DNA of 31,225 nt from NCBI GenBank assembly GCA_046543235.1, contig JBKGZT010000009.1:1-31225 (forward strand), given 5' to 3'. Positions within the stretch are counted from its first letter, which is position 1. Each line of letters begins with the position of its first letter. Below the pieces are notes generated by a model. That model was not told the origin of the DNA. It saw only the letters and a list, made by a program, of their open reading frames with translations, and did no database searches. The stretch comes from Candidatus Acetothermia bacterium (GTDB lineage Bacteria > Bipolaricaulota > Bipolaricaulia > M55B111). Shown here piece by piece: positions 1 through 8,554 of the stretch. The position numbers and the translations under genes are program-made.

Positions 1-51
1 TTTCAGTCAAAGCTGAACATCGAGGCGAGCGGGGGTGGTTCCAGCACGTAG
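1..51 (+). CDS. Probable 3' end of an upstream gene (partial, ...FQSKLNIEASGGGSST*)
   Basis: Frame 1 is open from the window edge to TAG at 49-51 and is followed by a hairpin. The product cannot be identified. Confidence 0.35.
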   Translation, partial: FQSKLNIEASGGGSST

Positions 52-61
52 ATCGGAAAGG

Positions 62-97
62 GGGATTTCCCCGCTGGGGAAATTGATCCCTGGTTTT
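62..97 (+). terminator. Hairpin, possible intrinsic terminator
   Basis: ATTTCCCC-GCT-GGGGAAAT at 65-83 with an outer GGGAT/ATCCC pairing and a short T tract, just after a stop codon. Confidence 0.4.
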
Positions 98-386
98 GTC
101 GAACGGTTTCCAAAGCTAGTTTTACACAAAATGCTACACTATGGGAAGACTTTCTTAATAAATAATTCACAACTAATTGATAATCTAAGATTGGAAGAAT
201 TAAGCGGTTCTTTAACAGAAGTCAGACATAGCAGATATTGCCTCCTTCTCATGGTAGATCTTCTATCCCTGTCTAATTCCAGGGGGCGGACGCCCCCTGG
301 ATGTTCATAGATTGAACTTCCGTCGGCCTTCCTTGCGTCCTGCCTTCAAAAAAGGTAATCTCAATAAAAAGTACCAAGGGGTCCCA

Positions 387-1007
387 ATGAACACCACCGT
401 ATTGGCCGCACTTCTGGCATACGGATGTTGTTTTCTCCTGTACCAAAACCTCTACCTTTACCTCACTCGAAAATATCCGAATAGAACGAAAAAAGGGCGA
501 ATCAACTCCTGCACCGCCTCGTGGTTAAGGGAAACCAAGGAACACAACCAGTACTTGCTGGCGGTCCATCAGATAAGAAACATGATCATGAGCATTACCT
601 TCCTCGCTTCGGCCAGTATTTTGTTGATCGGTTTCCTGCTCACCTACGGGCTGACCGACCTGCCGGAGGTAAACGGCCTCGTAACCACAGGAGCGCTCGA
701 CTTTCCGGGTTGGCTCGCCTTCTTTACCCTGACCTACTCATTTCTGAACCTCTTGCTCGCCCTTCGACATCTGAACAACCTGACCGTGCTCATCCGCGCC
801 GACCGGGAAAAGCTGGAAGCAATCGAGGACAGTCCGGCACCTTCCTACCTCGAAAAGCTATTCGTCAACGGCAGCCAGAGGTACATGATCGGCAGGCGGG
901 GGTTCCTCTACGCCATGGTCGTCCTTTTCTGGTACGTGAACGTCTGGCTGTATATCGGGCTAATCGTCCTTCTGACGGTTCTCCTCTCCTACCAGCACGA
1001 CTTTTAG
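387..1007 (+). CDS. DUF599 family membrane protein
   Basis: Motifs LLAVHQIRNMIMSITFLASASILL and GRRGFLYAMVVLFWYV resemble DUF599, with several TM helices. ATG at 387 (after AAGGGG) is preferred over TTG at 312. Confidence 0.8.
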   Translation: MNTTVLAALLAYGCCFLLYQNLYLYLTRKYPNRTKKGRINSCTASWLRETKEHNQYLLAVHQIRNMIMSITFLASASILLIGFLLTYGLTDLPEVNGLVTTGALDFPGWLAFFTLTYSFLNLLLALRHLNNLTVLIRADREKLEAIEDSPAPSYLEKLFVNGSQRYMIGRRGFLYAMVVLFWYVNVWLYIGLIVLLTVLLSYQHDF

Positions 1008-1023
1008 TCCAGGAAACTTCTGA

Positions 1024-2550
1024 CTAAAGAAACAAAAAAAGAGCTATCAGCAAAAACCCGGTAAAAACGGACACAAGTGAGTTTTCAAGGTTGAAGATAA
1101 AGGCTGGGGGATCGATTTCCTTTAGTGGTTTCCAGATGCCTGCCAGGAACAGACCGCCAACCAGGACCACCCCAACCGAAGTAATTACGTCCCTGAATTC
1201 CAACAACTCGACGAACCGCTCCGGCCCCGGTACCACGAAAACCACCCCGCCCGAGAAGGCGACCAAAAGGGCAAAGAGGATCAGGAGGAAATCGCTTTGG
1301 GCAAATTCTCTGCCGGTATCCTGTCGTAGCAGCGCATAACCCAGACGCAGGTAGTAAGCCGCAGTAAGGACGCTAATCCCCAGTACCAGATACCAAGAAG
1401 CTCCAGGAAGGGAATTATGCAGAACCTCCTTGCTGAAAAAACCGTTGAAGGGAACGACGCCCATGACGGAAAGAGAACCGACGACCAAGCCGAGCTTGCT
1501 GGCAAGCGGCAGGGGAGAGCCGCCTTTAATAAACATATCTCTTTTTCCCACCCCCGCATGGCCAATCGACAGGAAAAGCAGGGCTTTCAGCAGACCGTGG
1601 AAAAACAGGTGAAGGGCGGCGGCTGTAACTCCCAGACGCGTTCCAGAAGAGACCCCGATCAGGATCAGACCGACCTGAGAAATCGTGGAGTAGGCAAGGA
1701 TTTTCTTCGGAATTTGACTTATCAGCGCGAACCCCGCCCCGCCCAAGCCCGTTAGTCCACCGATTATGAGGAGAGGAGTCCCGATCCCCCCGATTTCGGA
1801 CAGTCGAACTATACCAACCAGCCCGAACTTGGTAGCTATCCCGGCCAGCAGCGCGGAAACGACCGTCCCGCTGTAGGTATAGGCATCGGGAAGCCACATG
1901 CTGAACAAAAGCACCCCACCCTTGACGGCCAGCCCGGTTGCTAAGAGGCCCACCCCCAGCAGCGTGCTGAACTCACCGCCCCGGGCGAGCGTGGAGGCCA
2001 GCTCCTCTATCCCGAGAGAGCCCCCATTCATGTAGATGATTCCCAGACCGATAAGGTAGAGGCTCATGGCCAAAGAGGAAAGCAGGAGGTACTTGATCCC
2101 GGCATATATTCCGTAGGTTTCTCGCTCGTAACCTATCAACAGGATGGAAATCAGCGACATTAGCTCGATGGTTACGTAGATGTTAAACAGGTCGTGGGAA
2201 AAGGCCAGGGAAAACGCCGTGGCAAAGAGGAAGTTAAAGAGGCCGTAAAAGGTGGCCTCCTTTTCCTCGTCCGAACTGAGATAAATCAGCGCTATGACGT
2301 TCAGTACTACCGCCAGCCCGGCGAACAGGACGGTGATCTGATCTAACTTAAGCTCTATTCCCAGCCTGCCCCAGTTTCCCAGATGGGTGACGGCGGAACC
2401 CGAATTAAAATAGGAGGCCACAGCAATGGAAAGACCGGCCGTTCCGCCAACCCAGCCCAGAAAACTGAAAGGCCTCCTGAACCTATGAAAAGTCAGGCTC
2501 AGTATTCCCGCGGTGAGGTAAGAAGTAACGCCGATGAGAAGAGGGATCAT
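1024..2550 (-). CDS. mnhD: Mrp/Mnh Na+/H+ antiporter subunit D (MbhH-like, Proton_antipo_M family)
   Basis: 508 aa, about 14 TM. Motifs DLFNIYVTIELM, AGIKYLL, K-GG-LFSMWLPDAY, KKILAYSTISQVG, HGLLKALLF and PFNGFFSKE. Confidence 0.92.
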   Translation of the reverse strand: MIPLLIGVTSYLTAGILSLTFHRFRRPFSFLGWVGGTAGLSIAVASYFNSGSAVTHLGNWGRLGIELKLDQITVLFAGLAVVLNVIALIYLSSDEEKEATFYGLFNFLFATAFSLAFSHDLFNIYVTIELMSLISILLIGYERETYGIYAGIKYLLLSSLAMSLYLIGLGIIYMNGGSLGIEELASTLARGGEFSTLLGVGLLATGLAVKGGVLLFSMWLPDAYTYSGTVVSALLAGIATKFGLVGIVRLSEIGGIGTPLLIIGGLTGLGGAGFALISQIPKKILAYSTISQVGLILIGVSSGTRLGVTAAALHLFFHGLLKALLFLSIGHAGVGKRDMFIKGGSPLPLASKLGLVVGSLSVMGVVPFNGFFSKEVLHNSLPGASWYLVLGISVLTAAYYLRLGYALLRQDTGREFAQSDFLLILFALLVAFSGGVVFVVPGPERFVELLEFRDVITSVGVVLVGGLFLAGIWKPLKEIDPPAFIFNLENSLVSVFTGFLLIALFLFL

Positions 2551-2909
2551 GACGTCTCCTCCTCGAACTCCTCCCTGACGAAGCCCTCGATCTTGCCGAC
2601 GTCCAGCGTATGGTAACGTTTCACCAGGACCATGGTAAACAACAGTGAAAGCGCAAGAACCCCGAAGTTAATCACGATCGAGGTCAAAACAAGGGCCTGC
2701 GGAAGCGGGTCGGCGTACTGGACTCCGACTTCCGGACCTATGGGTGCCCTGTCGCCGGTCCGGTATACCACCAGGACGAAAAACAGGATCGTCGCCGTAT
2801 TAACTATATTCAGACTTAACAGCTTCATCAAAAGGTTCCTCTTAAGGATGAGCCCGGCGGAACCGACGACAACGATGACTATCGAGATCGCGGCGACAAA
2901 GTCGCTCAT
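2547..2909 (-). CDS. mnhC: Mrp/Mnh subunit C (MbhG-like)
   Basis: Motifs KRNLLMKLLSLNI and ADPLPQALVLTSIVI. Start is ATG at 2909 with a GGAGG SD and an ATGA overlap with the upstream stop. The ORF-track start at 3017 is too long. Confidence 0.92.
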   Translation of the reverse strand: MSDFVAAISIVIVVVGSAGLILKRNLLMKLLSLNIVNTATILFFVLVVYRTGDRAPIGPEVGVQYADPLPQALVLTSIVINFGVLALSLLFTMVLVKRYHTLDVGKIEGFVREEFEEETS

Positions 2910-3610
2910 ACCTCCCCCCTGTGTTTCACGAAGAAATGGAGGATGGCCCAGGTCCCGATAAACACTTTCAACCCGATAGCCATGTTGACCGCGATAATTA
3001 CCCCGACACCGGACCAATCATCGTACGCCGCTCCCGGGTAAAAAATCCCGGCAATTCCAACAAACAGAGCAAATACCAGCACCAGGTATTCCACCCGCTT
3101 CATCGCGTCTTCCTGAAACCTCCTCCCGGTCTCGTCGGCACCCTGTGAGAGCGCGAGCAAGAGAATCCCGCTCCCCCCGATTACACCCGCAGCAAAACCG
3201 CCACCAGGCCCCAGGTGAGCGCTAAAGGCCAGGTAGAACCCAAATACCGCCAGAATCGGGTAGAGAAAGGAAGCCGACGCGGTAACCACGTGGGATTCGA
3301 TGAGCTTAGACTTCCCCGAACCGGCCGGGGTTTCCAGATCCGAGAAGATGGTGATACCCAGGACCGCCGTGGAGAATATCATCAGCTCGAACAACGTGTC
3401 GTAAAACCGAAAGATACCGTAGACACCGAAGACTGCGTTGGAGACGTTCTCGAGCTCGAATCCCCTCTGAAGATAGAGTCGGCCGACCCTCTCTCCGGCG
3501 GGTTCACTTCCGATGAAGAGTGCCAGGACGGTGAGAACGCCGAAGGAGGATACAAGACCTATCACGACCAACTTTCGCACCGACGGAGAAAGCCTGCCCA
3601 TTCTCATCAC
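2906..3610 (-). CDS. mnhB: Mrp/Mnh subunit B (MbhE+MbhF-like)
   Basis: Motifs NAVFGVYGIFRFYDTLFE and AHLGPGGGFAAGVI. Confidence 0.9.
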   Translation of the reverse strand: MMRMGRLSPSVRKLVVIGLVSSFGVLTVLALFIGSEPAGERVGRLYLQRGFELENVSNAVFGVYGIFRFYDTLFELMIFSTAVLGITIFSDLETPAGSGKSKLIESHVVTASASFLYPILAVFGFYLAFSAHLGPGGGFAAGVIGGSGILLLALSQGADETGRRFQEDAMKRVEYLVLVFALFVGIAGIFYPGAAYDDWSGVGVIIAVNMAIGLKVFIGTWAILHFFVKHRGEV

Positions 3611-4524
3611 CTGAAGTACTTTTTATGAAGTCCGTCAATTTGTCCCGACCGATCCAGGCCTCTCAGATAATCGTTCAAGTCCTCGAGAAGCTCCTCCTCC
3701 CCGGCCGGTACCGCAAACCCGTATTCGACCTCGCCTATCGCGACTATCTCGCTGTCGTCCCTCAATTCGGCGTCTATCCGGTAGAGGGCGTTAGAGATCC
3801 GCCCCGAATCCGCCACGAAAGCGCCGATATCCCCTCCATTATATGCTTTCACGACCTCCTCAAGCGAGTCAAATTTGACGACCCTATCCGGATCCAGCTC
3901 CTGCACCATTGTAATTCGCCTAATTTCTCCAACCCGAAACGGCCCCTCTTCCTCGAGCCCCACGTCCCCGGGTTCCTGGTTTACCACGAAGTCGAGTTCC
4001 GGCAGGACTCCGGTCCGACCCCCTTCGTCCCGAGAGTTGACGACCTTGGCCAGCTGGGCTTTGTGAAAGGGCTCCGTATTTCTCAGGCCATCATAGGGCA
4101 AAAAGCCGGGGAAATAAGCACCGGCAATCAGGTCAGCCCTCCTTCCTCCGATCAGCCCGGTCAATTCTCCCGGAGCCACGAACTCGACCTCCAGATCCAG
4201 GCTGATTTCCTCGGCAAAACCCTCCAGGATTTCCAGTTCGATCCCCCGTAATTCACCCTTTTCCTGGAATAGGAAAGGGGGCACCTCCGCGGCAACCACA
4301 TGCAGCTTCCCCTGATCACTCAAGGCAAGTACGTAGATAAACGTGACGAAGGCCACACCTATAGCCCCCTCCGTTACCGCTACGTCCGGCGCACCCACGA
4401 GAAAATAAACGGCGGAACTCATCAGGCTGAACACACCGAGGAGGATAACAGCGTTTAACAGTCTCTCCTGAAAGAGAACCGCGAGGGCGAGGGCGAGGAG
4501 GAGCAGGGTAAAGAGTACCAGCAT
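3607..4524 (-). CDS. DUF4040/MbhD-like Mrp subunit fused to a C-terminal family-3 (PBPb) solute-binding-like domain
   Basis: Residues 1-70 have 3 TM helices with GAPDVAVTEGAIG (DUF4040). Residues ~72-305 carry PPFLFQEKGELRGIELEI, ADLIAGA, FDSLEEVVKA..G.IGAFVAD, YGFAV and LLEDLNDYLRGLDRSGQIDGLHKKYF, typical of SBP_bac_3. Confidence 0.85.
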   Translation of the reverse strand: MLVLFTLLLLALALAVLFQERLLNAVILLGVFSLMSSAVYFLVGAPDVAVTEGAIGVAFVTFIYVLALSDQGKLHVVAAEVPPFLFQEKGELRGIELEILEGFAEEISLDLEVEFVAPGELTGLIGGRRADLIAGAYFPGFLPYDGLRNTEPFHKAQLAKVVNSRDEGGRTGVLPELDFVVNQEPGDVGLEEEGPFRVGEIRRITMVQELDPDRVVKFDSLEEVVKAYNGGDIGAFVADSGRISNALYRIDAELRDDSEIVAIGEVEYGFAVPAGEEELLEDLNDYLRGLDRSGQIDGLHKKYFR

Positions 4525-4526
4525 TT

Positions 4527-4838
4527 TTACTCCTCCCCGTCCCGGTCAGGGGTCTTCGATGGCTCCACCTTGGAAAGGAAGGCGGACTTCGCGATGGAGT
4601 GAGTTACTATCGGTCCCGTGACGAAGAAAAAGAAGGCCAGCAGGGCAAGGAACGAATCGGAAAAACTAAACCCGTTTCTGAGCAAGAAACCCAATAGAAT
4701 AATAATTACCCCCACGGTGTCCGAGGCGCCGCTCGCCTGGAGGCGAGAGTAGATGTCGGGCAAGGCAGCTATTCCGTAGGACCCGATAAGGGTTACCAGT
4801 AGACCAAGATAAATCAGTATCAGGGAAATGACGTTCAT
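4527..4838 (-). CDS. mnhG: Mrp/Mnh subunit G
   Basis: Motifs GIAALPDIYSRLQASGASDTVG and TGPIVTHSIAKSA. Confidence 0.92.
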   Translation of the reverse strand: MNVISLILIYLGLLVTLIGSYGIAALPDIYSRLQASGASDTVGVIIILLGFLLRNGFSFSDSFLALLAFFFFVTGPIVTHSIAKSAFLSKVEPSKTPDRDGEE

Positions 4839-5086
4839 ACTTCACGCTCAATATATCTGGCTATTATGACTATCCCGAGAAAACTCAGGATCGCGTAAAT
4901 CAACGCGAGATTGACAAATACCGTTCTGCCCTTAAACACACCTTCTACCGCCAGCAAGATAACTATCTTCGCGCTAACAGAACTATACCCCAGCAGGCGA
5001 TTCAGGACGTCAGGACCGCGGAATAACCTGTACAGCGTGAGGACCAGGCTAATCCCGACTAACACCTGGATCGTGATCCTTAACAT
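4835..5086 (-). CDS. mnhF: Mrp/Mnh subunit F
   Basis: Motifs YRLFRGPDVLNRL and LALIYAILSFLGIVIIARYI. Confidence 0.92.
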   Translation of the reverse strand: MLRITIQVLVGISLVLTLYRLFRGPDVLNRLLGYSSVSAKIVILLAVEGVFKGRTVFVNLALIYAILSFLGIVIIARYIEREV

Positions 5087-5089
5087 CCC

Positions 5090-5605
5090 TTATCCCTGCA
5101 ACTCCTTCAACGGCTCCTCGAAGTCGGAGCGAATCTTATCTACCATTTCCTCGTACTCGTCCTGCCCCTTGAGGTCAATATGATGTACGTAGACCAGGTT
5201 ACCCTCGGAGAGTATGGCAATGGTTATCGGCGTCAGGGTGATAGAGTTCAGCAAGAAAAGCTTGCCGGAACCGGACTTCAGCCCGGTATCGTAGACTACA
5301 ATCCGCCCTTCGACGCCACCGGTCACTATAAGGTAGCAGGTGCGGACGGTGGACCTTCCTATTTCGTAGAAAAGACGGAAGAAGAACCGTAACCAAAGCA
5401 GCGGGCGTCCCAGTGATTCGATCGGCGTATCTATCGATAGCCCGAACCTGCGAAAGAGAAAGAGCACGAGCCCCACGACGAATATTCCGCCGACCAGGTA
5501 GACGAGGCCCAGATCGCGGAAAAGCACCACCCAGAGCAAGTATAGCGTGGCGGACCCAAACAAGTAACTCAGCAAGATTTTGATGTTCTTGGGGAGTCTG
5601 CTCAT
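5090..5605 (-). CDS. mnhE: Mrp/Mnh subunit E
   Basis: Motif LLNSITLTP...VYVHHID. First gene of the operon. Confidence 0.9.
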   Translation of the reverse strand: MSRLPKNIKILLSYLFGSATLYLLWVVLFRDLGLVYLVGGIFVVGLVLFLFRRFGLSIDTPIESLGRPLLWLRFFFRLFYEIGRSTVRTCYLIVTGGVEGRIVVYDTGLKSGSGKLFLLNSITLTPITIAILSEGNLVYVHHIDLKGQDEYEEMVDKIRSDFEEPLKELQG

Positions 5606-5700
5606 TTCGAGTTATTATAAGAGTTAACCGAAGATAAGTCGAACGGAAGACACGACTCAACTTTTTTATGATAGGGTTAATCCAGGCAACGATCAGTTTG

Positions 5701-5792
5701 GCCGACTAAAAAGTTCTGGCTCGGTTCCTCAAACTCCTTAGTCAACGCTCAGTCAGATATATGCGGACCTTCTCCAGAGCTTTTTAGTCGGC
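5701..5792. repeat. 19-bp inverted repeat enclosing a 54-bp spacer
   Basis: GCCGACTAAAAAGTTCTGG (5701-5719) and CCAGAGCTTTTTAGTCGGC (5774-5792) are 18/19 complementary. Confidence 0.8.
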
Positions 5793-5933
5793 AATCAGAT
5801 TACCGTGGTAGAGGTAAAAGATCTGAGACGAGTTATCCTGTACTTGAGCCCCTTACAATGGCCTACGTCGAGCTTCCCGGAAAACCAAAGCTCCACTTAA
5901 AAGAGACCCCATTCAAAAAGGAGATATAGTTAT

Positions 5934-5962
5934 TTGACGAGAACTGGAAGCTGTGTTATAAT
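5934..5962 (+). promoter_or_regulatory. Sigma70-type promoter of the lacI/sugar operon
   Basis: TTGACG-17 bp-TATAAT with an extended -10 TG. Confidence 0.8.
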
Positions 5963-5965
5963 GGG

Positions 5966-5981
5966 TTTGAAGCGTTTCAAA
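5966..5981. promoter_or_regulatory. LacI-family operator (probable autoregulation)
   Basis: Near-perfect palindrome TTTGAAGCGTTTCAAA with a central CG, lying over the predicted transcription start. Confidence 0.75.
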
Positions 5982-6022
5982 GGTCGAAACAAACGGGAGA
6001 AATAGTAGCGGGGCCGATAGAC

Positions 6023-7105
6023 ATGAAAGAAGAGGTCTCACGGAAGGATAACGTGACGATCAAGGACGTCGCGAAGGAAGCCGGAGTCGCTACCTCGACG
6101 GCTTCCATGGCGTTGAACAACAAACCCACCATTAGCACCAGGACGAAAGAAACAGTACTCGAAGCCGCTCAGAAGCTCGGCTACCACCCGACTGCCGCCG
6201 CTCGCGCCCTCGTCGACGGCAAACCAAGCAACCTGGGTCTTCTGATTCCGGTAAAGGTCGACAACCTCTTCTTTTCGACCGGCTTCTTCCAGAAGCTGAT
6301 CTCCGGGATGAGCAAGGCAACCAAAGAAGCGGGAAACATCATCTCCCTCCAGGTCGTCGAAACCCGCGAGGAGACAGCGGAACAGATCACCAGGGCGTGG
6401 AAGACCAAGAACATTAGCGGTTCCATAATTACGCACCCCACAACCGAAATGCCGTACTTGGACGTTATAGAGGAATACGACTACCCCGTGGTATTTCTGG
6501 GCGAACCCCCGAGGGACTTCCCTTACGTGGATAACGACAACTTCAACGCGGCAAAGACGGCGACAGGTCACCTGATAGAACACGAACACGAGAAGATCGG
6601 CTTTCTAGGCGGGCCGGATGACCTGATTGCCTCCGGGGCGAGAGAGCGGGGGTACAGGACGGCCATGGAGTCGGCGGGGATCAAAGTCCAACCCGAATAC
6701 ATCTGGAGTGCCGAGCATACCGAACAGAGCGCATATCGGGAGGTAATGAAGAGGGGAGAACAACTGGACTTCACGGCGATCTGTATCTCGGTAGAAGAGC
6801 AGATGCCCGGCGTCTACCGGGCCCTGAGGGACCTGGAACTCTCGATTCCGGACGACGTCGCCCTGATCACGCTGGGGGACTCCCAGCTCGCAAGACATAT
6901 CAACCCGCCGATGACGGTCCTAGATCTGCATACCGAGAAGCTCGGTTACTTAGCGGCGAAGAAATTGAATCAGGCCATTAACGGGAAACAAGAGACCACC
7001 AGGAGAAAAGTCGAAACGGACTTAATCACGAGAAGCTCCTGCGGTTGTAATTCAAATCAAGGAGGTGGTAAAAACATAATCCAGGTGAATTCAGGTAGGT
7101 CCTGA
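6023..7105 (+). CDS. LacI family transcriptional regulator
   Basis: N-terminal HTH VTIKDVAKEAGVATSTASMALN, hinge LGYHPTAAARAL, and a sugar-binding domain with IPDDVALI...LITRSSCG. Confidence 0.95.
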   Translation: MKEEVSRKDNVTIKDVAKEAGVATSTASMALNNKPTISTRTKETVLEAAQKLGYHPTAAARALVDGKPSNLGLLIPVKVDNLFFSTGFFQKLISGMSKATKEAGNIISLQVVETREETAEQITRAWKTKNISGSIITHPTTEMPYLDVIEEYDYPVVFLGEPPRDFPYVDNDNFNAAKTATGHLIEHEHEKIGFLGGPDDLIASGARERGYRTAMESAGIKVQPEYIWSAEHTEQSAYREVMKRGEQLDFTAICISVEEQMPGVYRALRDLELSIPDDVALITLGDSQLARHINPPMTVLDLHTEKLGYLAAKKLNQAINGKQETTRRKVETDLITRSSCGCNSNQGGGKNIIQVNSGRS

Positions 7106-7160
7106 TCGCAAGACTATTTAGAACGATTTCACACACTTTCAAAAAGGAGGGAGTATAAGA

Positions 7161-8483
7161 ATGAGAAACAAAAAGCTCTCGACAGTACTGATTCTAACCG
7201 TAGTGCTTAGCCTTGGTCTGGTATTTTCAGGTGCCGTAACGGCGTTCGGAGAGGATGATAAGGTAACTTTTGTTACCAGCTTTGGCGGAGATGAGCTGGA
7301 TGTATTTAAAGACTTGATGGATCAATTTACTGAAGACACAGGAATTGAAGTAGAGGTGCAGGCGGTAAGCCGTAACATGAGGACTGCACTCGGTTCACGC
7401 GTCGAGGCAGGTAATCCACCCGACATGGCCAACCTGCCGAATCCGGGATTGATGAAGAACTTCGCCCGAAAAGACCAAATCGCCCCGATCGAATGGTTCA
7501 AGGAGACGGATCTGGCGGACAAGCAGGCCGGCGGATTTTTAGCCTCCGGCACTTATAACGATACGCTTTACGGCGTCGTGCCGGGCGCAAGCCTTAAGAG
7601 CCTGGTCTGGTACAACAAGAAGGTATTCGAGGAAGAAGGCTACGAGGTCCCTGAGACGTTGGGCGAGCTCCTCCAGCTCCAGAACCAAATGGTGGAGGAC
7701 GGCTACACTCCGTGGGCCTTCGGCCTGGAAAGCGGAGACGCAACCGGTTGGCCGGGCACGGACTGGATCGAGGACATAATGCTCCGCTCCGCCGGACCGG
7801 AAGTCTACGATAAGTGGGTAAACCACGACATCGCCTGGACGAACCCTCAGGTAGCGCAAGCATTTAGGATCTTTGATCTTTTCATCAACGACGAGATGGT
7901 AATGGGCGGAAGGGAGGGCGCTTCGACGATCGACTTCGGCGACTCAGTACAGTACATACTGCCGACCCAGGAAATGGACGAACCGAGGGCACTGATGCAC
8001 AGGCAGGCGACCTTCATCCAGGACTTCCTCGAGGACGCCCACCCGGACGCCGAGGTAGGTGAGGACTACGACACGTTCATCTTCCCCTCCTTCGGGAAAG
8101 GATCGCCCCCGATACTTGTAGGTGGGGATATATTTATCTCCTTCAGAGACAAGCCCGAAGTCAGGGAATTGATCAAGTACTTCGCCTCGGCTGACATCCA
8201 GCAAACCTGGGTCGAGGAAAACCCGGGCCGCCTTGCCGTAAACGTGGACGTTCCGCTCTCCGCTTACCCCAACGACACGCTCAGAAACGCTGCACAGGCT
8301 CTCAAGGAAGCGGAGACGGCGAGGTTTGACGGTTCCGATTCCATGCCGGCGGCAGTCGGTTCCGGCGAGTTCTTCACGGCAATGAACAACTTCGTCCAGG
8401 GCAAAACCTCACTGAACGAGGTCCTCGAGTCTCTGGAGACCAGCGCGGACGATGCCTATGACACGGGCGAAGCCACTGACTAA
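7161..8483 (+). CDS. Carbohydrate ABC transporter substrate-binding protein (AglE-like, alpha-glucoside type)
   Basis: Signal peptide. Motifs AGNPPDMA, KSLVWYNK, GLESGDATGWPGTDWIEDIMLR and RFDGSDSMPAAVG. Strong SD AAGGAGG. Confidence 0.9.
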   Translation: MRNKKLSTVLILTVVLSLGLVFSGAVTAFGEDDKVTFVTSFGGDELDVFKDLMDQFTEDTGIEVEVQAVSRNMRTALGSRVEAGNPPDMANLPNPGLMKNFARKDQIAPIEWFKETDLADKQAGGFLASGTYNDTLYGVVPGASLKSLVWYNKKVFEEEGYEVPETLGELLQLQNQMVEDGYTPWAFGLESGDATGWPGTDWIEDIMLRSAGPEVYDKWVNHDIAWTNPQVAQAFRIFDLFINDEMVMGGREGASTIDFGDSVQYILPTQEMDEPRALMHRQATFIQDFLEDAHPDAEVGEDYDTFIFPSFGKGSPPILVGGDIFISFRDKPEVRELIKYFASADIQQTWVEENPGRLAVNVDVPLSAYPNDTLRNAAQALKEAETARFDGSDSMPAAVGSGEFFTAMNNFVQGKTSLNEVLESLETSADDAYDTGEATD

Positions 8484-8503
8484 GTTCTAAATAATCGGTA
8501 GCC

Positions 8504-8535
8504 AGGAAGGCGGGGTTTTCCCGCCTTCCTTTTTT
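8504..8535 (+). terminator. Stem-loop after the SBP gene (partial terminator or mRNA stabiliser)
   Basis: AGGAAGGCGGG-GTTTT-CCCGCCTTCCT followed by a T run. Confidence 0.8.
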
Positions 8536-8554
8536 CATTAAGGGAGGAAAAACT

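Noticed and set aside
35-310. 91-aa ORF in the first intergenic region
   Set aside because: No SD, atypical AT-rich codons, runs through hairpins and shows no family resemblance.
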